64,000 nt of DNA from an uncultured Planctomycetia bacterium (GTDB lineage: Bacteria; Omnitrophota; Gorgyraeia; Duberdicusellales; Duberdicusellaceae): positions 74,643-138,642 of the forward strand of contig CAZWJT010000002.1 in the NCBI GenBank assembly GCA_964634935.1. The letters run 5' to 3'. Positions 8,938 through 16,106 of this stretch are shown here, piece by piece. Under the pieces are notes generated by a model. It was not told where the DNA came from. It saw only the letters and a list, made by a program, of their open reading frames with translations, and did not search any database. Within the stretch, counting starts at the first letter, position 1; each line of letters starts with the position of its first letter. A program made the translations under genes and the position numbers.

Positions 8938-9972
8938 ATGGATTCATTATTAAAGCGGATTATTGAAACAGCCGGGGTATCCGGTTACGAGAAAGAAATA
9001 GCGGCACTTATGGAGCGGGAGCTTGGTCGTCGGTGTGATCAGGTGCAAACCGATATGTTTGGTAATGTCATTGCCCGGAAAGGAAAAGGGCCTAGAAAAA
9101 TTATGCTGGCTGCGCATATGGATGAAATAGGGTTGCTCGTAAAGCATATCACCAAAGACGGTTACCTTAATTTTATTAAGATCGGGGGTATTGATGATCG
9201 GGTTTTGGTTGGACAAAGGGTTGTAGTGAAGGGCAGAAATGGAGATGTGTTTGGAATTATTGGCCTTAAGCCGCCACATTTGATGCGAGAAGATGAACGT
9301 AAAAACAGTATTAAATATACGGATATGTTTATCGATATCGGCTGCATGAGCAAAGAAGAGGCTGAAAAAAAGGTCGCGGTTGCTGATTCGGTTATCTTTG
9401 AGCCAAATTCCGGCGTTCTTTCCGGTAAACTTTACTATGGAAAATCTATTGATAATCGGATAGGCTGTTATGCGCTTTTGCGGATTATTGAAAAAGTAAA
9501 AGCCAAAGCCCAGATTTACGCTGTGGCAACAGTCCAGGAAGAAGTTGGCCTAAAAGGGGCAAGAATTACTTCTTTTAAACTTAATCCGGATTTTGCGATT
9601 GTCATCGATACGACGACTGCAGGAGATACGCCAAGCATCAAGGAAACTGAATCAGCTTTGAAGTTAGGCGGCGGAGTAGCTATTACGGTTATTGAAGCAG
9701 CTGGCAGGGGAGTGATTGTAAGTGAAAAAATACGTAAAATTTTTATCCAGACTGCGGAAAAACACAAGATTCACTACCAGGTTGATGTACTTGAAGGCGG
9801 GATGACCGATGGAGCGATGATTAGTATCAACCGCGAGGGGATACCAACCGGGGTTGTCAGCGTTCCAACCCGATATTTACATTCGTCAACAGGAGTTTTT
9901 CATAGTGATGACCTTGAATCACTTATTCAGCTGGTGGTAAAAGTAATTGAGAAAATTGCCCAAGAGCACTAA
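8938..9972 (+). CDS. M42 family metallopeptidase (FrvX / glutamyl aminopeptidase / 'cellulase M'-like)
   Basis: MDSLLKRIIETAGVSGYEKEIAALM... plus HMDEIGL and the metal-binding region of M42 peptidases. AAAGGAGG RBS sits before the ATG at 8938; the track ORF from 8794 is an upstream extension. Confidence 0.8.
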   Translation: MDSLLKRIIETAGVSGYEKEIAALMERELGRRCDQVQTDMFGNVIARKGKGPRKIMLAAHMDEIGLLVKHITKDGYLNFIKIGGIDDRVLVGQRVVVKGRNGDVFGIIGLKPPHLMREDERKNSIKYTDMFIDIGCMSKEEAEKKVAVADSVIFEPNSGVLSGKLYYGKSIDNRIGCYALLRIIEKVKAKAQIYAVATVQEEVGLKGARITSFKLNPDFAIVIDTTTAGDTPSIKETESALKLGGGVAITVIEAAGRGVIVSEKIRKIFIQTAEKHKIHYQVDVLEGGMTDGAMISINREGIPTGVVSVPTRYLHSSTGVFHSDDLESLIQLVVKVIEKIAQEH

Positions 9973-10062
9973 GCAAGGATTTCTTGAGTATTTTTCGAAG
10001 AAACATGAATGGAAAGCGCGGGAGGAGTTTGCGCCGCATTATTTTTACGGTATAATAAAATC

Positions 10063-10770
10063 ATGCGAACGGTATTGTTTTGGTTTTTGATTTTGAGTTG
10101 TTCTGTCGTTTGCCGCGCAGAAACTATCCGCAAGGAAGTTCCATTACCAGATGGTACAGGAAAGACCGTGGCCTATTTTACCGGTGGGAAGTTTTCTGCT
10201 CAGGAGGTTATCAACAACGATGGTGCTATTCTGGAAAAAACCGGAGAAATTCCTGATGGGCTCATTCGGGAATATTGGAATAGCGGACAGCCGAAAGCGG
10301 ATTATACCTATAAAAAAGAGAAATTGGATGGTTTAACCCGGCTCTATGATGAGAGCGGGAAGATTTCAGTTGAGATTCTCTATAAGGAAGGGAAACGAGA
10401 TGGGCTGGTAAAAGAATACTACCGAAACGGGATCATCAAGGCAAAGAAGATGTATCGGGATGATTTGCTTGAAGGTGCAGCGTACGATTATGATCCGAAT
10501 GGAAAACTTGTCTATGAGAAAAACTACAAAAACGGTAAACTAGAAGGCAGCGTTAAGCAATATGCGGATAATGAAATGGTAACGGCAGAATTTACTTACG
10601 TCGGAGGGCAGCTTGACGGCGTGTCCAAAGTTTATTACGGCGATGGAGAAATAAAATATATCGATACCTATAAACAGGGGCAGAAGTTAAACCGGCGCGG
10701 ATATGATTCAAGGGGTAAGGAGGATTTTAACCAAGACTATCCAGTGAATACTCCTGATGAATCGCGGTAA
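10063..10770 (+). CDS. YwqK-like MORN-variant repeat protein with signal peptide
   Basis: Signal peptide MRTVLFWFLILSCSVVCRA, followed by repeated G.K.G....Y..NG motifs (MORN_2 / YwqK-type repeats). Confidence 0.65.
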   Translation: MRTVLFWFLILSCSVVCRAETIRKEVPLPDGTGKTVAYFTGGKFSAQEVINNDGAILEKTGEIPDGLIREYWNSGQPKADYTYKKEKLDGLTRLYDESGKISVEILYKEGKRDGLVKEYYRNGIIKAKKMYRDDLLEGAAYDYDPNGKLVYEKNYKNGKLEGSVKQYADNEMVTAEFTYVGGQLDGVSKVYYGDGEIKYIDTYKQGQKLNRRGYDSRGKEDFNQDYPVNTPDESR

Positions 10771-10787
10771 ATGAAAGGTTTAATCGT

Positions 10788-11135
10788 ATGAAAAAATGTG
10801 TGTTTTTGTTTTGTTTGTTCTTTGTTGGTTTTTCAGCCAATGTTTTGTGCCGCGAATACAATGCTGCCGATAAAGCGGGGAGAGGCGCTTTGAATATTCT
10901 TTTTGCCTTTACTGAAATTTTCCAACAACCAGGAGTGGTCGCAAATCAGAAGGGAGAGATGATTGGCTTTACCGCGGGGGTAGTCAAGGGTTTTGGCTGC
11001 ACCATAGGGAGAGTTTTGCTCGGAGCGTATGAAGTCGGAACATTTTTCCTTCCGCCCTATAAACCATTGGTCAAACCTGAATTTGTCATTTTTGATCGGA
11101 CAGAAGAAGGGCAGGCTGTGCTTTCTGAGCCTTAA
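10788..11135 (+). CDS. Small secreted protein, possibly exosortase-system-associated TIGR04073-like family
   Basis: 115 aa with a signal peptide and conserved-looking RGALNILFAFTEI and GVVKGFGCTIGRVLLGAYEVGTFFLPPY blocks. Family assignment is from memory only. Confidence 0.35.
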   Translation: MKKCVFLFCLFFVGFSANVLCREYNAADKAGRGALNILFAFTEIFQQPGVVANQKGEMIGFTAGVVKGFGCTIGRVLLGAYEVGTFFLPPYKPLVKPEFVIFDRTEEGQAVLSEP

Positions 11136-11217
11136 TCGGCGTAGATTCATCTCCTGTGTTTTTGATATTTCATAAACAAGGTTTCGATCGTATGTATAGT
11201 TTGTAAAGGAGCAGACA

Positions 11218-11613
11218 TTGAATAATCCGCAAGAGAATCCGGCTGAACGGCGTAAATTTACTCGTATTGCCGAGAAATTAAAAGTTATGCATCGGGTAGT
11301 ACCTCGGGTCCAAGGTTTTATGTCTTCCACAGAGGATATCAGCGAAATCGGAATGAAGTTGCCGACGCTTTTACGACTTCCTCCAGGGGTGCTTCTTGAG
11401 CTGGATGTTTATCTTTCTGATTCAGCGCGGCCGGTAACGATTCGGGGAGAGGTTGTTTGGCAGTTACCGAATAAGGATGCAAAATTTCCCGTATGCATCG
11501 GGATACAATTCACCCAGCAAAATACGGTTGAATACAGAAAAGTCGTGGAGCACATTAGAAAGAAAATAGCGATTGAGCGCATCAAGGCTGAGCAAGAAAA
11601 AAAGAATGTGTAG
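11218..11613 (+). CDS. PilZ domain c-di-GMP-binding protein
   Basis: RRKFTRI (RxxxR) and TEDISEIGMKL (D/NxSxxG) motifs. TTG start after AAGGAGCAG. Confidence 0.65.
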   Translation: MNNPQENPAERRKFTRIAEKLKVMHRVVPRVQGFMSSTEDISEIGMKLPTLLRLPPGVLLELDVYLSDSARPVTIRGEVVWQLPNKDAKFPVCIGIQFTQQNTVEYRKVVEHIRKKIAIERIKAEQEKKNV

Positions 11614-11653
11614 GTTTTTAGGGCTATTAGCTTTTCGGGAAAGGAGCATATTC

Positions 11654-12172
11654 ATGAAAAAGAATAGGAATTTTCTTTTTCTTCGGCTGTTAATATGTAT
11701 GATGATTGGAGGTATTTTTTCTTCTGGGATTCTTGCCGAAGATTCGGCAACCGATGATGATGAATATCTTGCCAAAAGCCAACATGATATTGAGCAGGAA
11801 TTTAATAAGCACACGATGTACACGAATGATGTTGTAGGTCCAGTTGACGATGACGTTGTGTCGAGTCAGAGAAGTCTTGAGCAAGACTTCTCGACTCGGA
11901 AACTTGATGATAAAAGCGTGATCGAAGATGAGAGCGATCGACGGAGAATGTTTTTTACTTCCAAATCAACGGTTCTTTTTTATTCAATGACAAAGCATGA
12001 GGTGCGGCGGAGTATTGGAGAGCCGACGCAGATAGTTTCTCAGGAAGGGAGAGAATCCTGGTATTATCCGGTGATTCACCGGCATGGCGAACCGGATCTT
12101 GAACGCGTATATCTTGTTTTTGAGGGTGAAAAACTCGCAGAATTACGCACGTCAGGAAAAAATATACAATGA
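11654..12172 (+). CDS. Secreted acidic protein with C-terminal BamE/SmpA-OmlA-like domain
   Basis: Signal peptide MKKNRNFLFLRLLICMMIGGIFSSGILA. The C-terminal block VLFYSMTKHEVRRSIGEPTQIV...WYYP...VYLVFEGEKL resembles a BamE fold. Confidence 0.4.
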   Translation: MKKNRNFLFLRLLICMMIGGIFSSGILAEDSATDDDEYLAKSQHDIEQEFNKHTMYTNDVVGPVDDDVVSSQRSLEQDFSTRKLDDKSVIEDESDRRRMFFTSKSTVLFYSMTKHEVRRSIGEPTQIVSQEGRESWYYPVIHRHGEPDLERVYLVFEGEKLAELRTSGKNIQ

Positions 12173-12178
12173 ATTTGG

Positions 12179-12391
12179 ATGTTGAAAAAAGTTTTGTTAC
12201 TGTTTTTTCTGGGGATTGCCATATTTTTTCTTATTTTCATTAAAAGTAATACTTGGCAGGCTGATCAACGGAGAATAATACGTAATGATGTTGAGTATAT
12301 CGAAACGCAGCACAGTTTTCATTGGGATAGATTTTTTAACTATTTAAAAGGCATACCTCAGGGTATCATTGCGCGCGTTTCTCAAAAATAA
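12179..12391 (+). CDS. Small single-TM hypothetical protein
   Basis: 70-aa ORF with one N-terminal TM segment. No recognisable domain. Confidence 0.3.
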   Translation: MLKKVLLLFFLGIAIFFLIFIKSNTWQADQRRIIRNDVEYIETQHSFHWDRFFNYLKGIPQGIIARVSQK

Positions 12392-12435
12392 ATTTCCCAA
12401 GGTATTTATGCGTACGCTAACCGAGAATTTTTTCC

Positions 12436-12975
12436 ATGAAGGAAGTCTTTAAGTTTGGCTTTACGCTTGGCATTATTTGTCTTTTAGCAGGCGGAGTGCT
12501 GGCGGTTGTCCACGAGGTTACTGAGCCTCAAATTCTTAAGCAACGCCACAACGCAGAAGAGAAAGCGCTTCGTGAGGTTTTCCCTGAGGCTGTTTCATTT
12601 GAGCCTGTTGTTACGGAAACACAAAAAACTCTTTACTATCGAGTTCTCACAAAACAAAACCAGCTTGCTGGTTTTGTGCTCAAAGTAGAAACCAAAGGGT
12701 ATGCTTCGACGATCGAGCTTCTCTGTGCTTTAGATGTGTCTTTGCGGATAACGAATTTGAAGGTTTTAGCTCAGAATGAAACTCCCGGATTAGGCACAAA
12801 AATTACGGAGTCTTTCTTTCTCAACCGTTTCTTGGCGAAGAGTTCTTTAGATATTCGTGATATTGAAACATTAAGCGGGGCAACTATTTCTTCTTCGGCG
12901 GTAATTCAGGCTGTCTATCATTCGCTTTCGGATACAAAGGAGTTATTACTTCAAGATGTCAGTACTATCAGATAA
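12436..12975 (+). CDS. rnfG: Rnf complex subunit G (FMN-binding)
   Basis: N-terminal TM, then TPGLGTKI and SGATISSSAV FMN-attachment motifs typical of RnfG/NqrC. Confidence 0.8.
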   Translation: MKEVFKFGFTLGIICLLAGGVLAVVHEVTEPQILKQRHNAEEKALREVFPEAVSFEPVVTETQKTLYYRVLTKQNQLAGFVLKVETKGYASTIELLCALDVSLRITNLKVLAQNETPGLGTKITESFFLNRFLAKSSLDIRDIETLSGATISSSAVIQAVYHSLSDTKELLLQDVSTIR

Positions 12976-13942
12976 ACTTTTTCTTAGTTCTTCACCACAC
13001 ATCCACTCTCGGGAAACCATATCTCGGATTATGTGGTCAGTTTTCTGCGCTCTGATTCCTGCCGGCATTGGCGGGGTGATCATTTTTGGTTTTTCCGCAC
13101 TGCGGGTTATTTTGATTTCCTTGGCAACTTGTATAACAACTGAATTTTTTTTCCAGAGAATTTCAGGGAGAAAAGTTACGATCCAAGATGGTTCTGCGGC
13201 AGTTACGGGAATTTTACTTGCTTACAACCTTCCTTCTTCAGTGCCATTCTGGATCCCGGTTGTTGGTGGATTTTTTGCTATTTTGATTGCCAAACAATGT
13301 TTTGGCGGGTTGGGTATGAATATTTTCAATCCGGCTTTAGCTGCCCGCGCATTTCTCCTTTCATCCTGGCCCCAGCATATGACTAGTTTTCCGAAACCTT
13401 TTACGTTTGATGCCGTAACCGCTTCCACTCCGCTTATGCTTCTGAAAGAAGGAAAATCATTGAGTCTGGATGGGCTTGGTTTATCATATCTTGATTTGCT
13501 TTTGGGGAAGCGAGGTGGGTGCATCGGTGAAGTTTGCATTCTTGCTCTTCTTTTTGGTGCCGGGTATCTTCTCTGGCGGCGTTATATCACTTGGCATATT
13601 CCAATCAGTTTTATTCTGAGTCTTGGGATTTTAAGTTATTGTTTTGGGCCTTCTGGATTTTTGAAAGGAGGATTTTTGTTTAGTTTCCTTACCGGTGGAG
13701 TTATTCTGGGAGCTTTTTTCATGGCATCTGACTACGCAACATCTCCAATGACAAGTAAAGGGCGGGTCGTATTTGGTATCGGGTGCGGTTGCTTGACCTT
13801 CTTGATTCGGCGTTTCGGAGGATATCCCGAGGGAGTCTCATATTCAATCCTTATGATGAACGCCTTTGTTCCTTTGCTTGATCGTTTTATACGTCCTCAC
13901 CGGTTTGCCCCTCAGGTAGAATCGTTAGGGGGAAAGAAATGA
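12956..13942 (+). CDS. rnfD: Rnf complex subunit D
   Basis: N-terminal SSPHIHS motif and a polytopic membrane protein of typical RnfD length (328 aa). Overlaps the rnfG end. Confidence 0.85.
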   Translation: MSVLSDKLFLSSSPHIHSRETISRIMWSVFCALIPAGIGGVIIFGFSALRVILISLATCITTEFFFQRISGRKVTIQDGSAAVTGILLAYNLPSSVPFWIPVVGGFFAILIAKQCFGGLGMNIFNPALAARAFLLSSWPQHMTSFPKPFTFDAVTASTPLMLLKEGKSLSLDGLGLSYLDLLLGKRGGCIGEVCILALLFGAGYLLWRRYITWHIPISFILSLGILSYCFGPSGFLKGGFLFSFLTGGVILGAFFMASDYATSPMTSKGRVVFGIGCGCLTFLIRRFGGYPEGVSYSILMMNAFVPLLDRFIRPHRFAPQVESLGGKK

Positions 13943-14574
13943 GCCGTTTGTGTAAAGAGTTCATGAAGGGAATTATCTCTGAAAATCCAACTTTTACGTT
14001 AGTATTAGGTCTTTGCCCCACACTTGCTGTCTCGACTTCTGTAATGAACGCGATCGGGATGGGCGCTGCCGCAACATTTGTTCTGAGCGGTTCAAATATT
14101 ATTATTTCTGCTTTACGCCGGTCTATCCCACGGCAAATACGCATACCATGTTTTATCATTGTTATCGCAACCTTCGTGACCATTAACGAACTTTTACTAA
14201 AAGCCTATTTTCCTGAGCTTGATCATTCGCTTGGTATTTTTGTTCCATTGATTGTGGTTAACTGTATCGTGCTTGGCCGGGCAGAAGCTTTTGCTTCAAA
14301 AAATTCAATATTTGTTTCGTTTGTTGACGCCTTGGGCATGGGGATTGGTTTTACCATAGCCCTTTCATTGATCGCGGCGATTCGTGAATTTTTAGGCGCA
14401 GGAAAGCTTTTGGGATTTACCATTTTTACTTGGTTTGAGCCTGCCGCGATGATGATTCTGGCTCCTGGAGCGCTATTAACAATGGGGTTACTTATTGGTT
14501 TGGTTAATTTTATCCAGCTTCGCCGTAACGGAGCGTGTCAGATTACCAAGGTGGGGTGTGATGGATGTAAGTAG
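13939..14574 (+). CDS. rnfE: Rnf complex subunit E
   Basis: NPTFTLVLGLCPTLAVST and LGIFVPLIVVNCIVLGRAEAFA are signature RnfE/NqrD blocks. Confidence 0.85.
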   Translation: MSRLCKEFMKGIISENPTFTLVLGLCPTLAVSTSVMNAIGMGAAATFVLSGSNIIISALRRSIPRQIRIPCFIIVIATFVTINELLLKAYFPELDHSLGIFVPLIVVNCIVLGRAEAFASKNSIFVSFVDALGMGIGFTIALSLIAAIREFLGAGKLLGFTIFTWFEPAAMMILAPGALLTMGLLIGLVNFIQLRRNGACQITKVGCDGCK

Positions 14575-15169
14575 GTTTTTGACTCTTGCGATATCGATGA
14601 TTTTCATTAATAATTTTATTCTTTCCAAATTTCTTGGTCTTTGTTCGTTCATCGGGGTTTCGAAAGAGACAAAGCCAGCAGTTTCCATGGGGCTTGCGGT
14701 TACGTTTGTCATAACGATGTCGAGCATCATTACCTGGTTTATTTATCGGTATCTTTTGATTCCTTTCAATCTTACCTATCTGCGCACGATTTCTTTCATT
14801 TTGGTTATCGCCAGTTTTGTTCAACTTGTCGAGATGGTTATTCGTAAGGTTGCCCCGGCTCTCTATAAGGCTTTTGGTATTTATCTTCCGCTGATTACGG
14901 TGAATTGTGCGGTACTGGGTGCTGCGGTTCTGAATTCGGAAATGTTTTTCCGTCATTCCCAGCCTGTTTCTGGAAGTTTTTTCTTAAGTATAACTCAGGG
15001 GTTTTTTGCGGGAGTCGGATTTTTACTCGCGATGATACTCATGTCAGGAATCCGGGAGCGGCTTGAAACAGCGGACATACCTCAATGTTTACGGGATGTA
15101 CCGCTTGCCTTCATTGTGGCATCTCTGATGAGCCTTGCCTTTATGGGATTTAGCGGCTTTCGAATCTAA
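14561..15169 (+). CDS. rnfA: Rnf complex subunit A
   Basis: INNFILSKFLGLCSFIGVSKE and YLPLITVNCAVLGAAVLN are RnfA/NqrE signatures. Start moved to ATG 14561, which overlaps the rnfE end. Confidence 0.85.
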   Translation: MDVSRFLTLAISMIFINNFILSKFLGLCSFIGVSKETKPAVSMGLAVTFVITMSSIITWFIYRYLLIPFNLTYLRTISFILVIASFVQLVEMVIRKVAPALYKAFGIYLPLITVNCAVLGAAVLNSEMFFRHSQPVSGSFFLSITQGFFAGVGFLLAMILMSGIRERLETADIPQCLRDVPLAFIVASLMSLAFMGFSGFRI

Positions 15170-15171
15170 CC

Positions 15172-15966
15172 TTGGCTATGGAGGTATTTGTTGCTTTAGG
15201 CATTTTGGGCTTGCTTGGTATTTTGTTCGGTGTTGGCCTTGCGCTTGCGTCACAACGCTTGGCAGTGCCGCAAGATTTCCGTTTTGAACAGATTCAAGAA
15301 CGTCTTCCCGGAGCAAATTGTGGCGCGTGTGGTTTTCCAGGATGTGCCGGCTTCACCGAGGCGCTTATTCAAGGCGGCGTCCCGATAGAAAAATGTGCGG
15401 TAAGCCCGCAAGAAGCAAGAGACGAGATAGCGAAAATTCTCGGGGTGAGCGTTCAAAAAAAGATAAAACAGTTTGCGGTTCTGCATTGTCATGGAGATAA
15501 AACGATAGTTTCCGATCGGTTTATTTACTGTGGCGTAAATGATTGTTTTTCGGCATCATTGATTATGAATGGACAAAAATCCTGCATCTATGGTTGCCTT
15601 GGATTTGGCAGCTGTGTTTCCGTCTGTCCTACCGGAGCGATTTCTCTCAGCTCTGAAGGGCTTCCAGTGATTCAGAGAGAAAAGTGTATTGCTTGCGGAA
15701 AATGTCTTACTGCATGCCCACGACAACTTTTTAGCCTTGTGTCCGCAGAGAAGCAATACATCGTGCGTTGCCGCTCACGAGAGTTTGGCAAAAAAGTTTT
15801 AGATATTTGTAAAGTCGGATGTATTGGTTGTCGCCGCTGTGAGCAGGCGTGCCCCGAAAATGCGATTACCATTGTCGATCATCTGCCAGTTATTGATTAC
15901 AGTCGTTGCACTAATCAAGGTAAATGCGCTCAAGTCTGTCCGACCCAAGCAATTTCTAAAAAATAG
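15172..15966 (+). CDS. rnfB: Rnf complex subunit B (polyferredoxin)
   Basis: N-terminal TM, CGACGFPGCAGF motif, then multiple CxxCxxCxxxCP 4Fe-4S motifs. Confidence 0.8.
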   Translation: MAMEVFVALGILGLLGILFGVGLALASQRLAVPQDFRFEQIQERLPGANCGACGFPGCAGFTEALIQGGVPIEKCAVSPQEARDEIAKILGVSVQKKIKQFAVLHCHGDKTIVSDRFIYCGVNDCFSASLIMNGQKSCIYGCLGFGSCVSVCPTGAISLSSEGLPVIQREKCIACGKCLTACPRQLFSLVSAEKQYIVRCRSREFGKKVLDICKVGCIGCRRCEQACPENAITIVDHLPVIDYSRCTNQGKCAQVCPTQAISKK

Positions 15967-16106
15967 TCTTTCGGTCCTTTAGTTTATTCCGCTTTGGCGC
16001 ATCTTTCTTCTTGAAAATTTTGCATTTTCTTGTATACTAAATTTGTTTCCCCAATAATCAGAAAATTTCATTTCTCTGTTGATACCTTGATATTTGCCTG
16101 AGGGGG

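Noticed and set aside
12436-15169. Alternative assignment of the four membrane subunits as Na+-NQR (nqrBCDE)
   Set aside because: Gene order is G(C-like) before D(B-like), the opposite of nqrBC. RnfD-type SSPH motif and a downstream RnfB polyferredoxin are present. No nqrA or nqrF is present.
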